Assembly: GCA_036658075.1 (NCBI GenBank)
Contig: JAVXFE010000001.1
Coordinates: 1-30,005, forward strand
Length of the DNA: 30,005 nucleotides
Direction: 5' to 3'
Source: Oscillospiraceae bacterium
Lineage (GTDB): Bacteria; Bacillota; Clostridia; Monoglobales; Monoglobaceae
A program made the translations under genes and the position numbers. Shown piece by piece: positions 17,767-27,864 of the stretch. Below the pieces are notes generated by a model. That model made no database searches and was not told the origin of the DNA. It saw only the letters and a program-made list of their open reading frames with translations. Each line of letters opens with the position of its first letter. Within the stretch, counting starts at the first letter, position 1.

Positions 17767-17803
17767 AAACCACCTCAAAATGAATTTCATTTTGAGGTGG
17801 TTT
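17767..17803. terminator. Bidirectional terminator between convergent AraC and SNF genes
   Basis: Perfect 18-bp arms AAACCACCTCAAAATGAA-T-TTCATTTTGAGGTGGTTT. Confidence 0.9.
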
Positions 17804-17867
17804 AAATTATTCTTTTTCTGTTCCATCTTCGTTAAACATGGGCAACTTTTCAAAATACAAAATATCC

Positions 17868-19238
17868 TTAAAAGAACTTATCTATATATCCATAAACAAA
17901 GATATAAATAATCAATAGCGGTAACAGATATTTTAGATAAAGTCGCATAGCTTTAGGGAATTTCATTCCCACGCCTTCATTAGCTTCAGCGATAAAATTA
18001 TCCCATCCCCAGCCATATCGTGTCACACAAAATGTAAGGTACACAAGCGAACCTAAAGGCAAAAGATTGTTACTAATAATAAAATCCTCCAAATCAAGTA
18101 TTGTACTTCCTTCGCCAAACGGCTTTATAAAATCTAAAAGATTGAATCCCAGTGTGGCAGGAAGCGACAATACAATGATTGCTACAAGGTTTATCAATAT
18201 CGCCTTTTTTCGACTCCAGCCCCAAAGGTCATTTGCGAAAGAAATGACGTTTTCAAATACAGCAATAACCGTTGACAAGGCCGCAAACGCCATAAACACA
18301 AAGAACAAAATTCCCCAAATTCTTCCGCCTGACATTGAATTAAATATATTAGGGAGTGTTTGGAAAACCAATCCCGGTCCGCTTTGTGGGTCAACATTAA
18401 ACGCCGAACACGCTGGAAATATGATAAGCCCAGCCATAATTGCCACAAATGTATCAAGTGCGGCAATTTTAACCGCTTCTCCTGTTAAACGCCTATCTTT
18501 TCCTATATAGCTTCCAAATATTGCTATACTTCCAATTCCTATGCTTAAAGTAAAGAAGGCTTGTCCCATTGCGGCAAATATCATTTCGCCAACGCCGTGT
18601 TCACGGATTGCATTTAAATTTGGCATCATATAGAATTTCAGACCTTCTTTTGCTCCGTCCAAAGTCACCGCCTTGACCACAAGCACAATTAAAATTCCAA
18701 ACAATGCAAGCATCATGAACTTTGTGATTTTTTCAACGCCTTTTTGAAGGCCAAGCGAACATACTCCGAACCCAATTAAAACGATAATAACCATTCCAAC
18801 AACCAGGGCAACGGGGTCGCCAGTCAATTGCACAAAAACGGCAGAAACTTGTTCAGAAGATTTGCCTACAAAATCGCCTTTTATCATCATCAAAAGATAT
18901 GACAGTATCCAGCCTCCAATTGTTGTGTAAAACATCATTAAGAGATAGTTCCCTGCCATGCCAAACCACGAAAACAGATGCCATTTCGAACCTTTAGGTT
19001 CTAGGACTTCAAAAGATTTTGCAATGCTGCGACCACTTGCACGCCCAACTGATAATTCCATAATTATTATTGGAAGTCCTAAAATTGCCAAAAACAACAA
19101 ATACACAAGCACAAATGCCGCACCGCCATATTGACCCGTAATATATGGAAACCTCCAAACATTTCCAAGTCCAATTGCACAGCCTGCCGCCACAAGTAAA
19201 AAACCCAGATTTGATGAAAATTTTTCTTGTTTTCTCAT
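17868..19238 (-). CDS. Sodium-dependent transporter, neurotransmitter:sodium symporter (SNF/NSS) family
   Basis: AAGCAIGLGNVWRFPYITGQYGGAAF, QAFFTLSIG, GPGLVFQTLP; GGAG RBS. Confidence 0.95.
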   Translation of the reverse strand: MRKQEKFSSNLGFLLVAAGCAIGLGNVWRFPYITGQYGGAAFVLVYLLFLAILGLPIIIMELSVGRASGRSIAKSFEVLEPKGSKWHLFSWFGMAGNYLLMMFYTTIGGWILSYLLMMIKGDFVGKSSEQVSAVFVQLTGDPVALVVGMVIIVLIGFGVCSLGLQKGVEKITKFMMLALFGILIVLVVKAVTLDGAKEGLKFYMMPNLNAIREHGVGEMIFAAMGQAFFTLSIGIGSIAIFGSYIGKDRRLTGEAVKIAALDTFVAIMAGLIIFPACSAFNVDPQSGPGLVFQTLPNIFNSMSGGRIWGILFFVFMAFAALSTVIAVFENVISFANDLWGWSRKKAILINLVAIIVLSLPATLGFNLLDFIKPFGEGSTILDLEDFIISNNLLPLGSLVYLTFCVTRYGWGWDNFIAEANEGVGMKFPKAMRLYLKYLLPLLIIYIFVYGYIDKFF

Positions 19239-19252
19239 ACGCCGCTCCCGCC

Positions 19253-19828
19253 TTAAAACTTGAATATTACCCCAATTATTGCACCCGCCAAAATATAAAT
19301 AATAGGATGCAAGTTTTTAAGCTTTTTAAATCTAAACATCACAAATATTATTGCAAATAAAATAGATGACTTTATTGATATTAAGTCTATAATATTCCCC
19401 GTTTCAGCAAAAATATCAAAAGTGAACACCGAAACCTTTAAAACCTCTAAAGTGGCAACGGCAATAAGCCCTGCCACAGCAGGACGCAAACCATAAAATG
19501 ACCACTTTACAATCTTGCTTTCGTTAAATTTATCCAAAACTTTCGCTACAATTATTATGACAACAAACGCTGGCAAAACTAACGAAAACGTTGCCACTAA
19601 ACTTCCTAAAATTCCACTTGTATGAAATCCCGCATACGTTGCCATATTGATTCCCATCGGCCCCGGCGTGGATTCAGATACCGCAAGCATGTCCGCTAAC
19701 ATATCAGACGTAAACCATTCGGGATATTTTGCAGATATGTTATATAAAAATGGTAAAGTTGCCAATCCGCCGCCAATCGAAAAAAGTCCGGTCTTGAAAA
19801 ATTCTATAAAAAGTTGAAGATATATCAT
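19253..19828 (-). CDS. Short-chain chromate-ion transporter (CHR) family subunit, C-half type
   Basis: GLFSIGGGLATLP, SESTPGPMGINMATYAG; overlaps the upstream partner by ATGA. Confidence 0.88.
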   Translation of the reverse strand: MIYLQLFIEFFKTGLFSIGGGLATLPFLYNISAKYPEWFTSDMLADMLAVSESTPGPMGINMATYAGFHTSGILGSLVATFSLVLPAFVVIIIVAKVLDKFNESKIVKWSFYGLRPAVAGLIAVATLEVLKVSVFTFDIFAETGNIIDLISIKSSILFAIIFVMFRFKKLKNLHPIIYILAGAIIGVIFKF

Positions 19829-20367
19829 TGTTTTATACCTCCAAGTTTTCCTGCAATGATTCCAAGCGTAATCGCACCAATTATTACATATATTGCCGAA
19901 ATATTAAATATTCCTGCTGCCACAAATGCCATAATGCAAATTAAAACGCCCGTAAAGTCTTTGCATCCCGCCTTGAAAAACTTTATCACGGCATTTACAA
20001 CAATTACCGCAACTACTGCACGAATTCCGGCAAATGCATGTGAAACGATTTCAAGCTCAGCAAAGTTTTGAATAAACGCCGCAATCACCATTATTATCAC
20101 AAGAGATGGAAAAACCACACCAACTGTTGCCGCAATTCCGCCTAAAATACCCTTGTTTTTATAGCCAATAAAAGTCGCTGTGTTGACCGCAATAATTCCG
20201 GGCGTGCATTGACCCACGGCAAAATAATTCATAAGTTCCTCGCTTGTCGCCCATTTTCTTTTATCCACAACCTCTCGTTCTAATATCGGAAGCATTGCAT
20301 AGCCACCGCCAAAAGTAGTGACGCCAATGTTTGCGAAAGTTAAGAACAAATCAAGAATTTCTTTCAT
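19825..20367 (-). CDS. Short-chain chromate-ion transporter (CHR) family subunit, N-half type
   Basis: IGVTTFGGGYAMLP, GQCTPGIIAVNTATFIG; overlaps the ribF 3' end by 17 nt. Confidence 0.88.
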   Translation of the reverse strand: MKEILDLFLTFANIGVTTFGGGYAMLPILEREVVDKRKWATSEELMNYFAVGQCTPGIIAVNTATFIGYKNKGILGGIAATVGVVFPSLVIIMVIAAFIQNFAELEIVSHAFAGIRAVVAVIVVNAVIKFFKAGCKDFTGVLICIMAFVAAGIFNISAIYVIIGAITLGIIAGKLGGIKQ

Positions 20368-21286
20368 TTTTTACCTCACTATTTTCAAGTGCAAATTTTT
20401 TATCCTTTTCGAGTTGGAGTTTAAGTGCTTCCAAGTTCTTGAATTTTGTGATTTCACGCAAAAATTTTGATATTCTAATCTCAATTTTATCGCCATAGAT
20501 ATCATCATCAAAATTTAATATATGGGTTTCGATACATTGATAATCATTTTCGACCGTCGGCTTTCCGCCAATATTTGTGATTGATGGATACCATTTATCT
20601 CCCACTTTGGTTTCGCCGACATAGACGCCAAATTTAGGGATAATATTTCCGGGTGGTAAATTTATATTTGCTGTAGGAAATCCAATACTTTTCCCAATAG
20701 CATTTCCATGTGCGACATTTCCTGCTATTGAAAATTTCCTTCCCAAATATTTTTCCGCTGTGCCAACATCGCCGTTTGCAATAAGTTCTCGAATGTACGT
20801 ACTTGACACAGTTTCTTCTAGTCCCATGCAACTTTCAACGTCAACCTTAATCCCGTATTTTCTGCAATATTCCGCCAAATTTTCAGGGTTTCCTTTTCCC
20901 ATATATCCAAAATGGTAGTTATATCCAACGCATATGAACTTTGCATCAAACCTATCAATCAAATACTTTTTAATAAATTCAGTATACTCCATTTTTTGAT
21001 ATTCTGTTGTAAATTTTTCAACTATAACAACTTCTACGCCAAGATTTTTTAAAAGTTCTAAGCGTTTATCGATTGTACAAACGTTTTTAATATCGCTTCC
21101 GCTAATAACGCCTCGTGGTAAATTTTCAAACATATACACACACGATGTCAGGCTATTTTCAATTGCATATTCAATCATTTTTTTAATTATTGACACATGT
21201 CCTATGTGCATAGCATCAAAAACACCCAACGCTACCGCTGTATTATGTAATTTTATATTATTTTGATTTTCTGCAAACACTTCCAT
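20351..21286 (-). CDS. ribF: Bifunctional riboflavin kinase / FAD synthetase
   Basis: ALGVFDAMHIGH, VSSTYIRELI, HGNAIGKSIGFPTANI, PKFGVY, IETHILNFDDDIYG; canonical position after truB. ATG 21286 preferred over GTG 21295. Confidence 0.95.
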   Translation of the reverse strand: MEVFAENQNNIKLHNTAVALGVFDAMHIGHVSIIKKMIEYAIENSLTSCVYMFENLPRGVISGSDIKNVCTIDKRLELLKNLGVEVVIVEKFTTEYQKMEYTEFIKKYLIDRFDAKFICVGYNYHFGYMGKGNPENLAEYCRKYGIKVDVESCMGLEETVSSTYIRELIANGDVGTAEKYLGRKFSIAGNVAHGNAIGKSIGFPTANINLPPGNIIPKFGVYVGETKVGDKWYPSITNIGGKPTVENDYQCIETHILNFDDDIYGDKIEIRISKFLREITKFKNLEALKLQLEKDKKFALENSEVKNERNS

Positions 21287-21332
21287 AAATGTCACCCTGC
21301 TATCAAAAGTTTATCCAAATTATTATAAAAAT

Positions 21333-22280
21333 CTAAAGAATCTGATAAAAAGTATTTAAAGTTTTAAGTTTTCCATTGAGTTGTTTCGAAATCGTGAGGA
21401 AGTTTTTTGCTTCATCATATATGCGATATGTCATGCCTTCTTCAAGTCCTGCAACGACAACATTTACACCATTACACATTTTTTTCACCTTTGGTGCAGT
21501 AATAATAATTTTAGGATATTCAGCAAAAACTTCATCAATTGGTGTTAAAAAGCTCACATCTCCATTGGAAAATTTTCGCTCTACCTCGTCAAGAGTAACC
21601 GAATGCTCAAGGTCAAATCTTCCGCTTTTAGTGCGTTCTAAGGCGGACATGTGGGCAAAGCAACCTAATTTTTCACCGATATCATCGCAAAGGGTCCGAA
21701 TGTATGTCCCTTTGGAACAGTCCACACGCATAGTAAACTTTTTATCACTTAAATTATAATCTAAAATTTCTACACTGCCAATTAAGACAGTTCGTGATTT
21801 TCTTTCAACTTCTTTTCCCTCACGTGCAAGTTCATAAAGCTTTTTCCCATTTATTTTTATTGCAGAATACATTGGCGGGATTTGTTCAATCTCGCCAACA
21901 AAACCTTTTACCACCATGGCTATATCTTCTTTTGTAACGTTAACAGCGGAACTTTCTAATATTTCACCTGTGGCGTCCAAAGTATCCGTACGGCTTCCTA
22001 AAGTTACCTCTGCAATATATTGCTTATCTGCCGCTGTTAAAAGGTCGGCGGTTTTGGTAGCTCTTCCAATACACATAGGCAACACGCCCTTTGCATCAGG
22101 GTCAAGAGTTCCGGTATGCCCGATTTTTTTAATGCCTAAAATTTTCCGCAACTTATAAACCACATCATGCGATGTGATTCCTTTTGGCTTATAGATATTT
22201 ATAATTCCGTTCAAAACTTTTTTGGTTTTTTCGGTTTCTTTGATTTTTTCAGTTTTTTCAATATTTTCGTTTTTTTCCAT
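21333..22280 (-). CDS. truB: tRNA pseudouridine(55) synthase
   Basis: NGIINIYKPKGITSHDVV, KIGHTGTLDPDAKGVL, PPMYSAIKINGKKLYELAREG, CSKGTYIRTL. Confidence 0.97.
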   Translation of the reverse strand: MEKNENIEKTEKIKETEKTKKVLNGIINIYKPKGITSHDVVYKLRKILGIKKIGHTGTLDPDAKGVLPMCIGRATKTADLLTAADKQYIAEVTLGSRTDTLDATGEILESSAVNVTKEDIAMVVKGFVGEIEQIPPMYSAIKINGKKLYELAREGKEVERKSRTVLIGSVEILDYNLSDKKFTMRVDCSKGTYIRTLCDDIGEKLGCFAHMSALERTKSGRFDLEHSVTLDEVERKFSNGDVSFLTPIDEVFAEYPKIIITAPKVKKMCNGVNVVVAGLEEGMTYRIYDEAKNFLTISKQLNGKLKTLNTFYQIL

Positions 22281-22284
22281 AAGC

Positions 22285-23241
22285 TTACCTCAACTCTAAC
22301 TTTTTAATCTCCGTTAAAACTTTTTTGGTTATTTCTTCAACAGTTGTATTTTTTGCAGTATACCCACTTGCACAAACATGTCCTCCACCACCGAAATAAT
22401 CAGCAATAGCAGCAACATCGACCGTATTATTTGACCGTAGACTAACTTTATATTCACCATTAGCACGAGTTCGAATATACACTCCGACCTGAACGCCTTT
22501 AATGCTTATCGGTAATGTCACAATGCCGACCGCTCCCTGCTCGCTAATTCCCGCATTTTCGAAGTCACTTTCCGCCAAATGTAACACTGCTACACAACCA
22601 TCTAAATACACGTCTAATTTTTCGATAGCCATCTTCATTAAATTCAAATAACCCATAGATTTTGTATCAAACAAAACTTTTGATATATTTGCAAAATTAA
22701 CGCCTGAATCGATTAAATTTGCTGCAACAATATGCGTTTTTGAAGTAACTGACGAATATTTAAAATTCCCGGTATCACTAATTAATCCGATATATAAATT
22801 GTTGGCAATATCTGTATCGATAAAAATTCCCATTTCAACATAAAGCCCATAAATAAGCTCGCAAGTAGATGAAATGTTTTCAATAACCGTACCACTTTTC
22901 GCAAACTCTTTATGTGTAATATGATGGTCAATGGCAATAGAGTTATCAAATTTCAAAAAATCATCTTCATGGCTTCCCAGTCTAAAAACATCACCACAAT
23001 CTAAAGCCACCGCTAAATCACAATCACTAAATTCAAGACCATCGCTTTCTTTTCCTCGAATAAGCGACCACGCCGCCGTTTCATAGCCATCTTCAAGATA
23101 GACTTCGGCACGCTTTCCAATCGCCTTTAAGGCAAGCTTTAGAGAATATGAACTTCCCATAGCATCACCGTCAGGATTGGTATGCGTAAATATAGCAATT
23201 TTTGATGCACTTTTGATAGTTTCAATAATTTTTTCAAACAT
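22285..23241 (-). CDS. nrnA: DHH/DHHA1 bifunctional oligoribonuclease / pAp phosphatase
   Basis: HTNPDGDAMGS, ALDCG, IDHH, DTGNF, SLRS, GGGH. ATG 23241 with GGAGG 6 nt upstream. Confidence 0.93.
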   Translation of the reverse strand: MFEKIIETIKSASKIAIFTHTNPDGDAMGSSYSLKLALKAIGKRAEVYLEDGYETAAWSLIRGKESDGLEFSDCDLAVALDCGDVFRLGSHEDDFLKFDNSIAIDHHITHKEFAKSGTVIENISSTCELIYGLYVEMGIFIDTDIANNLYIGLISDTGNFKYSSVTSKTHIVAANLIDSGVNFANISKVLFDTKSMGYLNLMKMAIEKLDVYLDGCVAVLHLAESDFENAGISEQGAVGIVTLPISIKGVQVGVYIRTRANGEYKVSLRSNNTVDVAAIADYFGGGGHVCASGYTAKNTTVEEITKKVLTEIKKLELR

Positions 23242-23269
23242 AATTTGCCTCCGTTCCCTATATATGCAA

Positions 23270-23300
23270 AGGCTTGACACAACAAAGTTGAGTCAAGCCT
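23270..23300 (-). other. Stem-loop between rbfA and nrnA (weak terminator or stabiliser)
   Basis: Minus strand AGGCTTGAC-T-CAAC-TTT-GTTG-T-GTCAAGCCT followed by only TTGCAT. Confidence 0.6.
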
Positions 23301-23318
23301 CTATAATCCCTGTTTGGT

Positions 23319-23657
23319 TTACAGAGTCTTTAAGATTTCATTGATATGAGAACCATATTCTATACCATCATCTTCAATAAACGTAAACTCCGGAGTATTA
23401 CGCAAATTAATTCTATGCCCAATCTCCTTGCGAATAAAACCACTTGCACTTTTAAGTGCAGCCATTCCATCTTTTTTAACTTTTTCATCGCCTAAAATAC
23501 TAATATGTGCCTTTGCAAATTTCAAATCCTTTGTAACGCTCACAGCTACGACGGATATCATATTTGGTAATCTAGGGTCTTTAATATCTCGAATAACCGC
23601 ACTTAATTCTTTTTTTACTTCTTCTGATATGCGATCGATTCTGTTATAATTCGCCAT
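23319..23657 (-). CDS. rbfA: 30S ribosome-binding factor A
   Basis: RIDRISEEVKKELS, IRDIKDPRL, VTKDLKFAK, LRNTPEFTFIED. Confidence 0.97.
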   Translation of the reverse strand: MANYNRIDRISEEVKKELSAVIRDIKDPRLPNMISVVAVSVTKDLKFAKAHISILGDEKVKKDGMAALKSASGFIRKEIGHRINLRNTPEFTFIEDDGIEYGSHINEILKTL

Positions 23658-23669
23658 TATATTTCCTCC

Positions 23670-25940
23670 CTATACGGGTTTGATTTCTTCCATTATATAT
23701 GCTTCGATGACATCGCCTTCTTTGATGTCGTTGTATTTGTCAATACTCACACCACATTCATATCCTGCGGCAACTTCTTTTACATCATCTTTAAAACGTT
23801 TAAGCGAACCCAATTCACCTTCATGAATAACTATTCCGTCACGCACAACACGAACCAAGCTATTACGCTGAACCTTACCGTCCGTAACATACGCACCGCC
23901 AATTGTTCCTATTCCAGAAACCTTAAACGTAGTTCTGATTTCGATATGACCGAGTATTGCCTCTTTAAATGTAGGGTCAAGCATACCCTTCATTGCGTTT
24001 TGAATATCTTCAATAGCGTCATAGATAACACGATACATACGAATATCAACATCCGCACTATCTGCCGCATCTGCCGCTCCAGCAGCCGGTCGAACATTAA
24101 ATCCAACAATAATCGCATTTGATGCACTTGCAAGCAGAACATCGGATTCCGTAATTGCACCAACAGCACCATGAATAACATTAACGTTTACTTCTTCGTT
24201 TGAGATTCTAACAAGCGATTGAGTAACAGCTTCAACACTACCTTGAACATCAGCTTTAACGATAATATTAAGGTCCTTCATTTTTCCAGCTTCGATTTGT
24301 TCAAACAAGTTTTCAAGTGAAATCGCCGTTGTATTTTTCTGCTTTTCTTGTTTTTCTTTAAATTTTCTAGTTTCAACAACAGTACGTGCCTTACGTTCAT
24401 CTTCAACAACGTAAAACGTGTCGCCGCCTTCAGGAACTTCAGACAATCCCAAAACTTCAACCGGTATAGATGGTCCGGCTTTTTTAACATTTCTGCCTTT
24501 ATCATCGTTCATTGCACGAACTCTTCCTACAGTCATTCCAGCAACAATTATGTCGCCAACTCTCAAAGTACCATTTTGAACAAGCACCGTTGCAACAGGA
24601 CCTCTGCCCTTGTCGAGTTGCGCTTCAATAACCGTACCTTTAGCTTTTCGGTCAGGATTAGCTTTAAGTTCTTTCATTTCTGCAACCAACATTACCATAT
24701 CAAGCAAAGTATCAATATTTTGATTTTTCTTTGCTGATACCTCAACGCAAATGGTATCTCCGCCCCAGTCTTCAGGTACAAGACCATATTCCGTCATTTC
24801 CTGTTTTACTTTATCTGGATTTGCGCCCTCTTTATCAATTTTGTTTATTGCAACAATAATTGAAACTTCAGCAGCTTTCGCATGATTTATAGCCTCTATT
24901 GTTTGTGGCATAATTCCGTCATCAGCGGCAACAACAAGTATTGCAATATCCGTAACCAAGGCACCTCTGGCACGCATTGCCGTAAACGCTTCATGTCCCG
25001 GTGTATCCAAAAATGTTATTTTCTTATCGCCTACACGAACACGGTGAGCACCAATGTGCTGCGTAATTCCGCCAAACTCGCCTTCTGTAACATTCGCACT
25101 TCGAATTGTGTCAAGGAGCGAAGTCTTTCCGTGGTCAACGTGTCCCATAACAACAACAACAGGTGAACGAGGTTTAAGAGATTCTTGTGAATCTTCAACG
25201 TCATCAAATAGTTTATCCTCTTCTGTCACAATTATTTCTTTTTCAACGATTCCATTTAATTCTTCAACAATAAGCGACGCCGTATCAAAGTCCAAGACTT
25301 CATTAACGGTAGCCATAATCCCCAAAACCATAAGGTTTTTTATGATTTCTGCGGGCGTTCTTTTAAGTCTCACTGCAAGTTCACCCACAACGATTTCATC
25401 AGGAACCAAAACAACTATTTTTTCTTCTTTCTTTTCTTTTTTCTCTTTTTTCTGAAGAATGTCAGTAGCTGGTTGCTTCTGTTTCTTTGTTCCGAGTTGT
25501 TTTTGTTTGCTTTTTTGGGTAATCTTCTGCTTTTTTACGCCTACTTCAATGTTATCAGGTATAAGCTCTGCGATTTTATCTTCATCAATTCTGTCTAAAT
25601 CCACACTATCGGCACGTGTGTCAACAAGTCGAACTTTTCGTCCAATTTCCATTTCTTCAACCGGCATCTCGGGCATTATTTCAATCCCGCTGCCTTCTTC
25701 GTTTTGCATCTCGTTTTCAGATTCAGTTTCAATAACTTCCTCTTTTTTAGGTTCATACAAAGAAAAATCCTCACTCTCGTTTTTCTGTGTATAATATTCA
25801 AATATAACGTCAAGTTCATGTTCGTCAAGCGCACTCATGTGGTTTTTTGTAGAAACCTTGTAATCATGCAAAACCTTCACGATTTCTTTGCTTGGAAATC
25901 CAAACGCTTTTGATAACTCATATGCTCTGATTTTATCCAT
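23670..25940 (-). CDS. infB: Translation initiation factor IF-2
   Basis: Two IF2_N motifs; [24 protein letters not shown]; C-terminal [19 protein letters not shown]. Confidence 0.99.
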   Translation of the reverse strand: MDKIRAYELSKAFGFPSKEIVKVLHDYKVSTKNHMSALDEHELDVIFEYYTQKNESEDFSLYEPKKEEVIETESENEMQNEEGSGIEIMPEMPVEEMEIGRKVRLVDTRADSVDLDRIDEDKIAELIPDNIEVGVKKQKITQKSKQKQLGTKKQKQPATDILQKKEKKEKKEEKIVVLVPDEIVVGELAVRLKRTPAEIIKNLMVLGIMATVNEVLDFDTASLIVEELNGIVEKEIIVTEEDKLFDDVEDSQESLKPRSPVVVVMGHVDHGKTSLLDTIRSANVTEGEFGGITQHIGAHRVRVGDKKITFLDTPGHEAFTAMRARGALVTDIAILVVAADDGIMPQTIEAINHAKAAEVSIIVAINKIDKEGANPDKVKQEMTEYGLVPEDWGGDTICVEVSAKKNQNIDTLLDMVMLVAEMKELKANPDRKAKGTVIEAQLDKGRGPVATVLVQNGTLRVGDIIVAGMTVGRVRAMNDDKGRNVKKAGPSIPVEVLGLSEVPEGGDTFYVVEDERKARTVVETRKFKEKQEKQKNTTAISLENLFEQIEAGKMKDLNIIVKADVQGSVEAVTQSLVRISNEEVNVNVIHGAVGAITESDVLLASASNAIIVGFNVRPAAGAADAADSADVDIRMYRVIYDAIEDIQNAMKGMLDPTFKEAILGHIEIRTTFKVSGIGTIGGAYVTDGKVQRNSLVRVVRDGIVIHEGELGSLKRFKDDVKEVAAGYECGVSIDKYNDIKEGDVIEAYIMEEIKPV

Positions 25941-25942
25941 AT

Positions 25943-26311
25943 TCAGTCAATCCTTTCTATGTTAAGCGGTGTATTACATTCGGCTGTGCCAAATTCGCTT
26001 ACTTCTATCTCGTTTAACGCAATTATCTGTTTCGCAAATCCTTCATCAGCAACCGAAATCACCACTGCAAACTCACGACCTATACAATGACCCAGGACGT
26101 TTCTGTCCCACAATTCTATTAATGGTAATTCTCGAAAATTACACATATTATTAAACTTTTTCTTGGTATTTGCAGAAGCATCACTTGATAAAATAACTAA
26201 AAAACTTTCACCTGAGCGAATTCTATCTTCTGCTCTACTCTCACCTATGTCAAGTTTTCCTGCTCTTTTTGCCATTCCAACCATTCTGGTAAGTTTGCTA
26301 TTGTTTGCCAT
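25943..26311 (-). CDS. ylxQ: L7Ae/L30e-family RNA-binding protein (YlxQ/RplGA)
   Basis: [39 protein letters not shown]; canonical position before infB. Confidence 0.9.
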   Translation of the reverse strand: MANNSKLTRMVGMAKRAGKLDIGESRAEDRIRSGESFLVILSSDASANTKKKFNNMCNFRELPLIELWDRNVLGHCIGREFAVVISVADEGFAKQIIALNEIEVSEFGTAECNTPLNIERID

Positions 26312-26417
26312 AGTTAAGCCACAAGCCTTTCACGCTCACTAAATTTTATATATTAATATTTCGCTTATCGTGAGCCGAATAAGTCGCTTTGCTTTATGGG
26401 GAGAGTTTAAATTGACT

Positions 26418-26669
26418 TTATTTAGGAATTATTGCCGTCAAAAGTTCATCATAAACTTCATTTTTAACCTTGCATGAAAATGCACGTTCTAAAATGCGTT
26501 TTTTTTGTGCCAATCTAAGACATTTTTCATCTTGACACACATACACGCCTCTGCCCTGTCCCTTAAAAGTCTTGTCAATTTTAGGTTCTTCACCTTTTAC
26601 CCTAACTATTCGTAAAAATTCAGATTTGTCACGCCTTTTGCGGCAAACCATACACATCCTTTCGGGCAT
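26418..26669 (-). CDS. ylxR: YlxR (RnpM, DUF448) RNA-binding protein
   Basis: PERMCMVCR, LRIVR, GRGVYVC, RILERAF; follows nusA. Confidence 0.93.
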   Translation of the reverse strand: MPERMCMVCRKRRDKSEFLRIVRVKGEEPKIDKTFKGQGRGVYVCQDEKCLRLAQKKRILERAFSCKVKNEVYDELLTAIIPK

Positions 26670-27790
26670 TATTCATCATCCCCTAGAGATTCTTCTTTTT
26701 CATAGACAATAACGTCATCCTTTTCAAGAGCCAAAACCAATTCATCAACAGATTTAACATCTGCTTCTTCAGCAACGCCCAAATCGATTTTCCATCCTGT
26801 TAAACGTGCGGCAAGTCTAACGTTTTGACCTTCTCTGCCAATAGCCAATGATAGCTGGTCTGCAGGGATTAAAGCTCGGCACATCTTTTTTTCAGCATCA
26901 ACGGTTATTGCAATAACATCGGCAGGACTTAACGCATTTTTAACATATTCTCCTGGATCGTCGCTATATTTAATTATATCTATTTTTTCTCCACGGAGTT
27001 CATCAATTATTCCTTGAACTCTCATACCCTTAGGTCCAATACATGTTCCAACAGGGTCAACATCTGGATTTGTGGAATGCACCGCAATTTTAGACCTTGA
27101 ACCCGCTTCTCTTGAAATAGCTTTAATCTCAATTACGTCTTGAGCAATCTCAGGAATTTCAAGTTCAAACAACCGACGAACAAGTCCAGGATGTGACCTT
27201 GATACAACTAGATGCACACCTCTTACACTGTCCGCAACTTCAACAACAAAAACTTTATAACGTTCGCCAATTTTATATTTGTCACAACGCACTTGCTCAT
27301 TTGGCATAAGTACAGATTCTGTACCCTCAATTTCAAGCATAACATTTCGGCGTTCAATACGACGTACAATTGCACTGGCAATGTCATTCTCACGATCTGA
27401 ATATTCATTAACCATTTTTTCACGTTCTGCCTCTCGAATCCTCTGAAACACAACCTGACGTGCAGTTTGTGCTGCAATCCTTCCGAAAGAGTTAGGCGTA
27501 ACTTCAAATTCAGCCATATCCCCTACTTTGTATTCAGGATTTAACTCTTGTGCTTCCAAAAGGCTTATTTCTTTTTCATAATCCTCAACATTTTCAACTA
27601 TTGCTTTTCTGGCAAATATTTTAATATCTCCATTTTCTTCATTAAATCTAACATTTATGTCTTCTACAGCTCCAAAATGTTTACGATAAGCGGATACGAG
27701 AGCATTTTCTAATGCATCTAATATAATATCTTTACTAATTCCTTTTTCTTCTTCAATTAATTCAAGTGACTCAAAAAATTCTGAACTCAT
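26669..27790 (-). CDS. nusA: Transcription termination/antitermination factor NusA
   Basis: FGRIAAQTARQV, VSRSHPGLVRRLFELEIPEI, REAGSRSK, SLAIGREGQNVRLAARLTGWKID. Start uncertain (27790, 27802 or 27811). Confidence 0.97.
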   Translation of the reverse strand: MSSEFFESLELIEEEKGISKDIILDALENALVSAYRKHFGAVEDINVRFNEENGDIKIFARKAIVENVEDYEKEISLLEAQELNPEYKVGDMAEFEVTPNSFGRIAAQTARQVVFQRIREAEREKMVNEYSDRENDIASAIVRRIERRNVMLEIEGTESVLMPNEQVRCDKYKIGERYKVFVVEVADSVRGVHLVVSRSHPGLVRRLFELEIPEIAQDVIEIKAISREAGSRSKIAVHSTNPDVDPVGTCIGPKGMRVQGIIDELRGEKIDIIKYSDDPGEYVKNALSPADVIAITVDAEKKMCRALIPADQLSLAIGREGQNVRLAARLTGWKIDLGVAEEADVKSVDELVLALEKDDVIVYEKEESLGDDE

Positions 27791-27864
27791 TTTTTCAATC
27801 ATCCTTTCCATTTGATTCGCATAAATTTTATATCCGTATTATTTAAATTATTAACAAATTTATA

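Noticed and set aside
12171-17803. Two terminators share AAAACCACC...GGTGG ends (REP/MITE family?)
   Set aside because: Only two copies, unrelated interiors, no target duplication; both are fully explained as terminators.
21247-21270. RibF motif reads FDAMHIGH instead of the usual FDGxHxGH
   Set aside because: A single conservative change with both histidines intact; no basis for claiming lost adenylyltransferase activity.
23274-23307. Perfect TTGACA and TATAAT on the + strand (antisense promoter into rbfA/infB)
   Set aside because: The spacer is 22 nt, not 16-18, and the TTGACA is part of a hairpin arm.
1645-23672. Genome-wide TAG reassignment as an explanation for the internal amber
   Set aside because: TAG ends conserved genes at their normal C-termini (infB, rhaA, manA, truB), so it is an ordinary stop here.
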